This document shows, piece after piece, positions 55,475-64,000 of a stretch of 64,000 bases of DNA. Below the pieces are notes generated by a model. The model saw nothing but the letters and a program-made list of their open reading frames with translations. It did no database searches and was not told the origin of the DNA. This DNA is from an uncultured Oxalobacteraceae bacterium (lineage in GTDB: Bacteria > Pseudomonadota > Gammaproteobacteria > Burkholderiales > Burkholderiaceae_D): NCBI GenBank assembly GCA_903914535.1, contig CAIWPG010000277.1, positions 393 through 64,392 on the forward strand, read 5' to 3'. How positions within the stretch are numbered: the stretch's first letter is position 1; each line of letters begins with the position of its first letter. Position numbers and translations under genes: made by a program.

Positions 55475-56389
55475 ATGAAGTCAACATTGCCTGATTTTGT
55501 CAAAATCGTCGAAGTCGGACCGCGTGATGGTTTGCAAAATGAGCAGGGTATTATTCCTGCGGAAGTCAAAATTGAATTGGTTAATCGTTTAAGTGATGCC
55601 GGTTTTTCTGCGATTGAAGCGGCATCGTTTGTGTCGCCAAAATGGGTGCCGCAAATGGCGACTTCGATAGAAGTGATGGCGGGTATTACACGTCGTCCCG
55701 GCGTCGTGTATTCGGCACTGACACCCAATATGCAGGGTTTTGAAGCAGCATTGGCAGCAGGAGCCGGAGAGGTCGTTATTTTTGGTTCGGCTTCAGAGGC
55801 GTTTTCGCAAAAAAATATTAATTGTTCCATCGCTGATTCCATTGCCCGGTTTCGTGATGTGGCGCTGGCGGCTAAAGCGAATGGCTTGCGTTTGCGTGGT
55901 AGTGTGAGTTGTTCATTCGGCTGCCCGTATCAGGGTGATGTCAGCCCGGAGGCGGTAGCAGATGTGGTGGCGCGTTTTCGTGAACTGGGTTGCGATGAAA
56001 TTGATATCGCCGATACGATAGGTGTGGGTACAGCCCGTCAGGTACATACCGTTATGCAGCGTGCGATACGTGAATTTTCTGTTGCGGGTTTGTCGGGGCA
56101 TTTTCATGATACTTACGGGCAGGCATTAACGAATATTTATGCCAGTCTGGAAGTGGGTATCCGTATTTTTCATTCCTCCGTGGCAGGTTTGGGGGGCTGT
56201 CCTTATGCGAAAGGTGCTACCGGTAATGTAGCTACGGAAGATGTTTTGTTTTTGATGCAGGGACTGGGCATTGCTACCGGTATTGATCTGGAAAAAACAG
56301 TCGGTGCAGGTCAGTTTATTTCCCGGCATTTAGGCCGGAAAACAAGCAGCCGCGCCGGAAATGCATTGAGCCTGAAAAAAACAGTGTAA
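55475..56389 (+). CDS. liuE: Hydroxymethylglutaryl-CoA lyase
   Basis: VGPRDGLQNE, HFHDTYG, GGCPYA.GATGN. Confidence 0.96.
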   Translation: MKSTLPDFVKIVEVGPRDGLQNEQGIIPAEVKIELVNRLSDAGFSAIEAASFVSPKWVPQMATSIEVMAGITRRPGVVYSALTPNMQGFEAALAAGAGEVVIFGSASEAFSQKNINCSIADSIARFRDVALAAKANGLRLRGSVSCSFGCPYQGDVSPEAVADVVARFRELGCDEIDIADTIGVGTARQVHTVMQRAIREFSVAGLSGHFHDTYGQALTNIYASLEVGIRIFHSSVAGLGGCPYAKGATGNVATEDVLFLMQGLGIATGIDLEKTVGAGQFISRHLGRKTSSRAGNALSLKKTV

Positions 56390-56414
56390 AAAAATCGTTT
56401 GAAGCCATTGCTGT

Positions 56415-56465
56415 AAAAAACCCCGCATTAAAAAAAGCTGACGCTCTTTTTAATGCGGGGTTTTT
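56415..56465. terminator. Bidirectional terminator between liuE and ybeD
   Basis: AAAAAACCCCGCATTAAAAA...TTTTTAATGCGGGGTTTTT. Confidence 0.88.
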
Positions 56466-56481
56466 ATTAGTATTTTTGTGT

Positions 56482-56748
56482 TTACAGAACGACTTTAACC
56501 ATAGGATGACCAGACAGGGCGCGGTATAAATTGTCCAGCTGCTCCCGACTGGTGGCACGTACCGTTACTGTGATGGCCAGATAAGTGCCTTTGGCTGACG
56601 GACGCAACTCCATGGTGGCCGGATTAAAAACAGGGTCGTGCAGCAGCACAAGGTCGGCGATGGTCTGGGCAAAACGGTCCTGCATAATACCCATGATCTT
56701 AATCGGGAAATCACTGGGGTACTCAATTAAACTTTCGCTGGGATTCAT
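56482..56748 (-). CDS. ybeD: YbeD/DUF493 family protein
   Basis: IEYPSDFPIKIMG; S.KG.Y; EQLDNLYRAL..HPMVKVVL. Confidence 0.93.
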   Translation of the reverse strand: MNPSESLIEYPSDFPIKIMGIMQDRFAQTIADLVLLHDPVFNPATMELRPSAKGTYLAITVTVRATSREQLDNLYRALSGHPMVKVVL

Positions 56749-56878
56749 TGTTTTCTGCTTATTTATCCGGCCAATGGAATCATTAATGTGATACTGACCG
56801 GATCGGGTTTACTGTGATCAGAATCCCGGCAAGCCGGGTTCTGAGGTATCGTGTGTTCAGCGTTCTTTACCTGATGGC

Positions 56879-58036
56879 TTATTTCATCCACAAGCGTATA
56901 GAATCCCAGGCACGACCAAAAATGCTGGCCTGACTGACGTCTTCTAATGCGAGTACCGGGAATTCAGCAATGGATTTTCCATCGAGCATCATTTTCATGG
57001 TGCCTATAGTGCTGTTGATAGCAATTGGTGCCACTAAAGGATCTTTGCGTTCCAGTGCGGGTTTGATACGTGCAGCGCTACCCTTAGGCAGGGTGACATA
57101 TAAATCGCGTGTAAAGCCGATTTTTACCTGTGACTGACTGCCTTTCCATACTTCCGGTGTGCTGATTGCCTGGCCTTTGCCATAGAGTTTAATCGTGTCA
57201 AAGTTGAGGAAGCCCCAGTTCAGCAATTTCAGGCTTTCTTGTGCCCGTACCTGATCACTGGTGGTACCCAGTACTACGGAAATCAGTCGGCGATCACCGC
57301 TGCCGTTAGGACGTTTTGCGGAGGAAACCAGGCAATATCCTGCACCGTCGGTATGACCGGTTTTCATGCCATCCACACTAGGGTCCAGCCATAACAGGCG
57401 GTTGCGATTGGGCTGCGTAATTTTATTGTAGGTGTAGCTTTTGGTTGAGTAATATGTTTTGTATTCAGCAGGAAAATCACTGATGAGGCGTTGTGCCAGG
57501 CGTGCTAAATCTTGTGCGGTTGAATAATTTTCAGGACTGGGCAAGCCATGCGGATTGGCGAAATGGGTGGATTTTAATCCGATGCGTTCCACTTCGCGGT
57601 TCATTAATACGACAAATGCATCTTCACTGCCAGCCACTGCTTCGGCCAGGGCGACAGCAGCGTCATTACCTGACTGAACGATCAGGCCATACAATAAATC
57701 GTTAATCGTCACGGGGGTGGCCGGGTCGATGAACATTTTTGAGCTGCCTGAATCGACTTTCCATGCGCGCACCGAGATGTTAACGGATTGCGCCAGATTG
57801 AGCTTCTTATCACGCAGAGCTTCGAAGACAAGGTAGGCCGTCATGATTTTAGTGAGTGATGCCGGTTCAATACGCATGGCCGCATTTTCTGAACTGATCA
57901 CCTGATTACTGGTGGCATCAAGCAGTAACCATGATTTTGCTGCCACGGCAGGCGGCGGCAGACTTTGTCCCTGTGCCTGGGGTAGTAATCCCAGACTACT
58001 GATGCAAAACAGGAAGAGCGTAAAAATTTTTTTCAT
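56879..58036 (-). CDS. dacC: D-Ala-D-Ala carboxypeptidase (PBP5/6)
   Basis: PASLTK (SxxK), SGN, KTG; signal peptide. Confidence 0.95.
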   Translation of the reverse strand: MKKIFTLFLFCISSLGLLPQAQGQSLPPPAVAAKSWLLLDATSNQVISSENAAMRIEPASLTKIMTAYLVFEALRDKKLNLAQSVNISVRAWKVDSGSSKMFIDPATPVTINDLLYGLIVQSGNDAAVALAEAVAGSEDAFVVLMNREVERIGLKSTHFANPHGLPSPENYSTAQDLARLAQRLISDFPAEYKTYYSTKSYTYNKITQPNRNRLLWLDPSVDGMKTGHTDGAGYCLVSSAKRPNGSGDRRLISVVLGTTSDQVRAQESLKLLNWGFLNFDTIKLYGKGQAISTPEVWKGSQSQVKIGFTRDLYVTLPKGSAARIKPALERKDPLVAPIAINSTIGTMKMMLDGKSIAEFPVLALEDVSQASIFGRAWDSIRLWMK

Positions 58037-58143
58037 GAGATATCGTACAAAAAAGTAAAAGCAAAAAGGACTGTAGAGAAAAATAAGTTAAACGCAAATT
58101 CAAAGCAAGTTAAAAACACATGCAAAAAATAAGAGCAAATACC

Positions 58144-58764
58144 TTAACACCACAGCGCCGTAACTAAATTTTTAATATGGTGCAATTTACGGTGGAAGAA
58201 ATGATCTGCACCGGGAATGACGACAACGGGTATGTCTTGCGGTCTTGCCCAGTCAAACACGTCCGTCAGAGGAATGGTGTCATCCAGTTCGCCGTGGATG
58301 ACGATGGTATTGGCGGGTACCGGTAATAAATCCCATTTTCCCGCCGCACTTCCGACCAAAACCAGACGTTGTGCCGGACATTGCAGTTCGGTCAGTTGCG
58401 CCTGAACGCGGGTTTGAACAAAGGTACCAAATGAAAATCCGGATAAAGCCAGCGGTAAATCAGGGTAGTGCGTTTTCATGTGTATCAGCAATTGCTGCAT
58501 ATCGTCAGTTTCACCTATACCTGCATCGTGTACCCCTTCAGATTTACCCACTCCGCGAAAGTTCATTCGTGCGGTAGCGTAACCGAGTGAAACAAAGGTA
58601 CGGGTCAGTGTCTGAGCGACTTTATTATCCATCGTGCCGCCATATAGCGGGTGGGGATGGGCAACCAGTGCGATGCCGACTGGTGCTGATACAGGCAGGT
58701 CAAGTGCGCATTCTAACTGGCCTGCGGCACCGTTCAGGAAAAAACGGGTGGTTTGTGCATTCAT
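58144..58764 (-). CDS. Alpha/beta hydrolase
   Basis: HPHPLYGGTMDNKV, GFSFG nucleophile elbow, HFF. Confidence 0.92.
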   Translation of the reverse strand: MNAQTTRFFLNGAAGQLECALDLPVSAPVGIALVAHPHPLYGGTMDNKVAQTLTRTFVSLGYATARMNFRGVGKSEGVHDAGIGETDDMQQLLIHMKTHYPDLPLALSGFSFGTFVQTRVQAQLTELQCPAQRLVLVGSAAGKWDLLPVPANTIVIHGELDDTIPLTDVFDWARPQDIPVVVIPGADHFFHRKLHHIKNLVTALWC

Positions 58765-59087
58765 GGTGTAGTCAGTTTTAAACGGTCAACAACTTTCCCT
58801 TGTACTAAATGGGAGTCAATAATTTCATCAATATCATGGTTATCCACAAAGGTGTACCAGGTTCCTTCCGGATAAATTACCAGCACAGGACCCTGATCGC
58901 AGCGATCCAGACAGCCCGCCTGGTTAACGCGTATTTTGCCCGGGCCACTCAAATTAAGTTGTTTGATACGTTGCTTGGCGTATTTTTGGGCAGGCATTGC
59001 GCCACAATCAGCACAGCTCGGGCGACCATCGTCGCGTTTATTCATGCAAAAAAATACATGATGCTGAAAAAAAGGAGTTTCGCTCAT
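58761..59087 (-). CDS. Thioredoxin-like (2Fe-2S) ferredoxin
   Basis: HVFFC...C...GCLDRC..GP..VIYPEG.WY; start probably ATG 59087. Confidence 0.92.
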   Translation of the reverse strand: MSETPFFQHHVFFCMNKRDDGRPSCADCGAMPAQKYAKQRIKQLNLSGPGKIRVNQAGCLDRCDQGPVLVIYPEGTWYTFVDNHDIDEIIDSHLVQGKVVDRLKLTTP

Positions 59088-59325
59088 CAAGTCAGGTTGT
59101 GTAGTTGGGTTAAAGGCAGGATACAAGGTACTAAAAATTATTTTTACATCAGAAGCCTGTATTGTAATGCCAGGAGTCCCGGCGGATAAATCTGCGCGTA
59201 CTTTGTTCCTGTAATTTCGGAGAGATGAGTGGTATTGTAGCCAGTAATCTTCATCTTTGTCAGACATCCGCCATTCGTTAGTCTAATATTCGCTGATCTT
59301 TCTCTGATTGAGCTTGTCAGCGGGC

Positions 59326-62154
59326 TTATAAAACAGATGGTGTTGTCTGGCTGTTGAAAACGGCGTAGTGGTTTTTTCCTTCCAGTTTGGCCTGATACAT
59401 CGCCTGATCTGCCTGACGCAACAATTGATCTGCATCTACATGATGTTCCTGAGGATAAAAGGTGACGCCGATGCTGGCGGAAACTTGTAGTGTCACTTCG
59501 CCCAGCAACACGGGTTGGGATGCTGCTGTTAACAGGCGGATAAGTATGGGTGTGCCGGCCGCGGTGCTTTCCAGGTCCAGCAGTATGATGACAAATTCAT
59601 CCCCTCCCATTCGTGCGATAGTGTCACCTTCACGCAAACATTGCTTCATACGTGTAGCTAATTCAATCAGCAGCCGGTCTCCTGCATCGTGTCCGTAATT
59701 ATCATTAACAGATTTGAAATCGTCCAGATCCAGATAGAGTACAGCCTGTTGTTGCTGACGTTGTGCCTGCGCCATTGACTGTTGCAGACGATCAGCCAGT
59801 AATGCACGGTTAGGCAGACCGGTCAGTACATCGTAGTGAGCCACCTTCTGGAGTTGGTGCTCTTGTTCTTTCAGGGCTGCAATATCGGAGAAAAGTGCCA
59901 CGTATTGCTGAGTGTCACCCCGTGCGTCGACTACCGCGCTGATCGTGAGCATTTCGGCATGTACTTCACCGTTTTTGCGCCGGTTCCAGATTTCACCATG
60001 CCAGTATTTACGCCGGATCAGCTCTTGCCACATTGACAGGTAGAAGTCTGTGCTATGGCGGTCGGAATAAAGGATATGCGGTGTTTTCCCCAGTACCTCA
60101 TGACGCTGATAGCCGGTTGTGTTAATGAATGTGGTGTTAACATCAATAATATGCCCGCGCGCATCCGTGATCATAATTCCTTCCCGGGCAAAGGTGAATA
60201 CACTGGCAGCCAGGTGCAGGGCTTCCTCTGCGTGCTTACGTTCAATAACCATGTTGACCAGCACGGATGCTTGTTCAACAATGGCAGTTTGTTCGCTGTC
60301 CGGGGTATGTTTTTTACGATGGTAAATGACCAGAGCACCCAGCAATTGTTTGGATGAAGAATAGACCGGTTGCGACCAGCAGGAAAATAAGCCTGCGCCT
60401 GATGCAATTTTTTTGTGATGTTCCCAGCAGGGGTGCGTACTGATATCGTCCACAATGATGTGCTGACCTATAAACGCGGCACCGATACCGGTACTGATGG
60501 CAATATCGTCAAGTGCGGTGTTGTATAGCATGGGCAGACTGGGAGCGGCCCCAATTTTAAGATTTTTTCCTTCGTTAACTGCTAATAAAATACAGCAAAG
60601 GCAATGGGGGTAGCGTTGTTCTATATTGCGTGCAATTGTACTTAAAATATCAGTGAGCGGATCACCGTTGACAAGTATTTCCAGTATGAAGCGGCGGAAT
60701 TGTTCTTGTTGTTCTAATTTTTTACGATCAGTAATATCACGTGATGCTGCGTATAAGTAGATTTCACCGTTGATTTCGATACCTACTGCATTGATTTCGA
60801 CGTCCAGTATGCTGCCGTTAACGTGGCGGTGGCGTGTTTCAAAAAATAAATGAGACCGGTGATTAACCAAATGGTCAATTTGCCATTGAATGGTGGCTTT
60901 TGACGCAGAGGCATCCCAGTCACTGATGTTTAACTGGCCGATGATGGTATTGTCATAGCCCAGCATACGTAAGAACGCATCATTAGCTTCAATTAATATC
61001 CCTTTGTTATTCATGATGTGGATACCATCACTTGCTGTCTTTAACAGGGTCTGAAGGCGGATGCGCTCCAGATTAAGTTCGTGGGTACGTTCGCTGACAA
61101 TATTTTCAATTTCCGCTACACGCAGTGATTTATTTCTGAGATTAATTGCTAGTAATATTGAGGCGAGTAAACCCAGGATAAGAACGGAAAGGCTTGCATT
61201 GTGATTGGGAGCGAATGTGCCGGGTTTGGGAATGGCATAGACACTCCATGTACGGCCGGCAACCTGAATTTCCCTGATTCGTGTTCCTGATGCGGGCAAT
61301 TCGCTCGCCGTATCTATGTTTAAATGTCGCGGGTAAAGCAGATGTGTGCCAGCGGTAGCGTCATTGTCGAATAGAATCAGCTGTACGTTGGTTCGGCCGC
61401 CTGCGTCAAAACTTTCTACGATTTTGCCAATTCGGAATACGGCCAGCACGAATCCGGCGAGATGCGTTATGCGCTGAGCCTGGTCATCCGGTATGATTTT
61501 GCCATGGTAGACCGGACGGAGTACCAGAAAACCGTATTGATTGGTCTGTTCCTGAACCAATGTGATACGCCCGGTTGCGTATAGTGTGCCTGATATGGCT
61601 GCCAGATTGAGTGTGGTTCGCCGCTCAGGATCGGAAGCAAGATCAAAACCGAGGGCGGTGCTGTTGCCTTCCAGCGGCTCTACGAAAAAAGCCGGATAAT
61701 ATTCAGCCCGCTTACCAGCAGGAGTCATGACACCCTGACGCAGCCGTTCGGTAAATGTAAACTGTGGATAACCATCCAAATGCGCAGATGCGATGTAATT
61801 TTCCCGTTCTGATTCTACTACGCGCGGAACCCATTCAATTGCCTGTACTACAGAATTGACCCCGGACATGGGTGATACCAGCCGATGAAACATATTCCGG
61901 TCAATATGATCTGTGGCATCGAAGTAGGCTCCTGCTGAAATCAATGTATTAAGTGCTACCTGAATGTGGGTCTCTAACTGATTGGTGTGTTCTGTCGCCG
62001 CAGTCAGGAAGTCAGCTTGGGCATTTTTGTTTTCAAGTCGTGAGATGAAGCTGAACGCACTCAGGGTAATTACGACGGCGATAAAAGTCCCCCACACCCA
62101 ATGCGCAGGGGCGTGCCGATAAAATTGTCGGCGCATAAAAGCTCTGCTCACCAT
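59326..62154 (-). CDS. Diguanylate cyclase (CHASE-PAS-GAF-PAS-GGDEF)
   Basis: TM-CHASE (ALGFDL.S...R)-TM, two PAS, GAF (CWSQP), GGDEF with RxxD I-site (REGD). Confidence 0.92.
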   Translation of the reverse strand: MVSRAFMRRQFYRHAPAHWVWGTFIAVVITLSAFSFISRLENKNAQADFLTAATEHTNQLETHIQVALNTLISAGAYFDATDHIDRNMFHRLVSPMSGVNSVVQAIEWVPRVVESERENYIASAHLDGYPQFTFTERLRQGVMTPAGKRAEYYPAFFVEPLEGNSTALGFDLASDPERRTTLNLAAISGTLYATGRITLVQEQTNQYGFLVLRPVYHGKIIPDDQAQRITHLAGFVLAVFRIGKIVESFDAGGRTNVQLILFDNDATAGTHLLYPRHLNIDTASELPASGTRIREIQVAGRTWSVYAIPKPGTFAPNHNASLSVLILGLLASILLAINLRNKSLRVAEIENIVSERTHELNLERIRLQTLLKTASDGIHIMNNKGILIEANDAFLRMLGYDNTIIGQLNISDWDASASKATIQWQIDHLVNHRSHLFFETRHRHVNGSILDVEINAVGIEINGEIYLYAASRDITDRKKLEQQEQFRRFILEILVNGDPLTDILSTIARNIEQRYPHCLCCILLAVNEGKNLKIGAAPSLPMLYNTALDDIAISTGIGAAFIGQHIIVDDISTHPCWEHHKKIASGAGLFSCWSQPVYSSSKQLLGALVIYHRKKHTPDSEQTAIVEQASVLVNMVIERKHAEEALHLAASVFTFAREGIMITDARGHIIDVNTTFINTTGYQRHEVLGKTPHILYSDRHSTDFYLSMWQELIRRKYWHGEIWNRRKNGEVHAEMLTISAVVDARGDTQQYVALFSDIAALKEQEHQLQKVAHYDVLTGLPNRALLADRLQQSMAQAQRQQQQAVLYLDLDDFKSVNDNYGHDAGDRLLIELATRMKQCLREGDTIARMGGDEFVIILLDLESTAAGTPILIRLLTAASQPVLLGEVTLQVSASIGVTFYPQEHHVDADQLLRQADQAMYQAKLEGKNHYAVFNSQTTPSVL

Positions 62155-62518
62155 TACCTCTGATTAATTTTTTTCATTTTTTCCCGGCGGAGACCGCGAG
62201 CGACTAATATAGTATCCTACATGCAAGCAGAATGGCTTTCCGTAGAATAAAGATTGTCATTCTAACTTAATTTGGCTCAACTAATTGATGAGCGGGGTTC
62301 ACATGTCTGATTGCCGGAATAACCAAGACCGGTAGCGGGGAGTATATTTCGGATATTGCCTTGATTAATAACATATTACCCCAAGGTAGGCGGCATTAAC
62401 GCAGAGTACCAATTCGGGATAAAATCACGAGTCTGCTATTGCTGTTTTTCCTGTTTCCATTATTTTCTGGCGTAAATGATGTAATACACTGCGCCAGTTA
62501 TTCCGCTTAAGGTTATTT

Positions 62519-63817
62519 ATGGTCCCACATCTGGTTACTGCCTTAAATGGCCCCTTACTTGATTTAGAAAAGAAAATTTTAGAAGCAACTCCCGCTATAG
62601 AGCGTTGGTTCCGGCTGGAGTGGCAGGAGCACACACCACCATTTTATTGTTCGGTGGATTTGCGTAATGCCGGTTTTAAGCTGGCACCGGTTGATACCAA
62701 CCTATTCCCCGGCGGTTTTAATAACCTGGCGCCGGAGATGCTGCCGCTGGCAGTGCAGGCCGCGATGGCTGCAATTGAAAAATATTGTCCGGATGCTAAA
62801 AATTTATTGTTGATCCCTGAGCGTCATACGCGTAACACGTTTTATTTGCAAAATGTCGCACGCCTGATACAAATTTTCCGTCAGACAGGTCTGAATGTGC
62901 GTTTAGGTAGTTTGTCGGATGATATTAAAGAGCCAACTACTATTGAACTTCCGGACGGTGCAAGCCTGACGCTGGAACCGTTGGTACGATCGGCTAACGG
63001 GCGGCGTTTGGGGCTTGCCAATTTTGACCCGTGTACTATTTTGCTGAATAACGATTTATCGGCTGGGATTCCTGCTATTTTAGGCAATCTGCACGAGCAA
63101 AATCTTATGCCTCCACTACACGCCGGTTGGGCAGTGCGTCGCAAAACCAGTCATTTTGCCGCTTATGATGAGGTAGTGAAGAAATTTGCCAAAATCGTGG
63201 ACGTTGATCCCTGGATGCTCAACCCGTATTTTGCCAAAGCATCCGGCATTAATTTTCATGAGCGTCTTGGTGAAGATACTCTGGCAGCGCAGGTTGATAT
63301 CGTTTTGGCCAAAATTCGTAAAAAATACAAAGAATACGGCATTAAAGAAAAACCGTTTGTCATTGTCAAAGCGGATGCCGGCACCTATGGCATGGGTATT
63401 ATGACGGTGCGCGATGCCAGTGAAGTGAAAGATTTGAATCGTAAGCAACGTAATAAAATGGCGGTGGTTAAAGAAGGCCTGGAAGTGAATGATGTCATTA
63501 TTCAGGAAGGGGTGCATACCTTTGAGCAAATTAATGACGCTGTTGCAGAACCCGTTGTGTATATGATGGATCGCTATGTAGTGGGCGGTTTTTATCGGGT
63601 GCATTCTGACCGGGGCGTAGATGAGAATCTGAATGCGCCTGGTATGCATTTTGTTCCTCTTGCCTTTGCACAGCAACACGCTTTACCGGATGTGCATGCT
63701 AAACCCGGCACTGCGGCGCCAAATCGGTTTTATATGTATGGTGTGGTGGCGAGACTGGCTTTGCTGGCAGCATCGCTGGAGCTGGAAAAGACGGACCCTA
63801 ACCCTGAAATCTATTAA
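62519..63817 (+). CDS. gshA: Glutamate--cysteine ligase, betaproteobacterial type
   Basis: PPFYCSVDLRNAGFKLAPVDTNLFPGGFNNL; KADAGTYGMG. Confidence 0.95.
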   Translation: MVPHLVTALNGPLLDLEKKILEATPAIERWFRLEWQEHTPPFYCSVDLRNAGFKLAPVDTNLFPGGFNNLAPEMLPLAVQAAMAAIEKYCPDAKNLLLIPERHTRNTFYLQNVARLIQIFRQTGLNVRLGSLSDDIKEPTTIELPDGASLTLEPLVRSANGRRLGLANFDPCTILLNNDLSAGIPAILGNLHEQNLMPPLHAGWAVRRKTSHFAAYDEVVKKFAKIVDVDPWMLNPYFAKASGINFHERLGEDTLAAQVDIVLAKIRKKYKEYGIKEKPFVIVKADAGTYGMGIMTVRDASEVKDLNRKQRNKMAVVKEGLEVNDVIIQEGVHTFEQINDAVAEPVVYMMDRYVVGGFYRVHSDRGVDENLNAPGMHFVPLAFAQQHALPDVHAKPGTAAPNRFYMYGVVARLALLAASLELEKTDPNPEIY

Positions 63818-63849
63818 AAATAAGTCATTATTACCTACTAAAGTGCTAA

Positions 63850-64000
63850 ATGAATATTGCCTTTCTGACCGACCCGCTTGACGAGTTTAAGATCTACAAA
63901 GACACCACGTTTGCAATGATGCAGGAAGCTGCCAGACGTGGCCATAGCTTATTTGCTTTTTTACCGCAAGATCTGGCTTATGCCGGCGGACAAGTGGTTG
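63850..64000 (+). CDS. gshB: Glutathione synthetase, 5' part only
   Basis: MNIAFLTDPLDEFKIYKDTTFAMMQEAARRGH; directly after gshA. Confidence 0.92.
   Translation, partial: MNIAFLTDPLDEFKIYKDTTFAMMQEAARRGHSLFAFLPQDLAYAGGQVV

Overview
Replication-origin region of a betaproteobacterial chromosome; gene content and order suggest Burkholderiales, probably Oxalobacteraceae (inference). Left arm, mostly minus strand: metH with a SAM-II-like riboswitch, TerC/NhaR pair, Aer-type chemoreceptor, the full atpIBEFHAGDC operon, parB-parA-rsmG-mnmG with two parS sites, a TauE exporter and a Liv-type ABC transporter. A ~2.8 kb AT-rich intergenic region (25.9-28.7 kb) holds oriC. Right arm, mostly plus strand: Lrp and LysR regulators, a sensor kinase, hemE, priA, a LiuR-controlled leucine/isovalerate cluster containing aceK and bioADB (no bioF), dacC, a ferredoxin, a diguanylate cyclase and gshA-gshB. 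The main result is non-coding. oriC appears as two complete tandem copies (328-bp period) that align without gaps; DnaA boxes, the IHF site and DnaA-trio-like DUE are conserved while the spacers have diverged. hemE is flanked by two near-identically spaced 'DnaA box-IHF site-paired DnaA box' modules resembling E. coli datA. Also notable: a SAM-II aptamer with a terminator/antiterminator platform, a sigma54 promoter with NtrC-like boxes upstream of the atp operon, candidate sRNAs, small ORFs and a degenerate MITE. All motif calls were made by eye; no searches were run.
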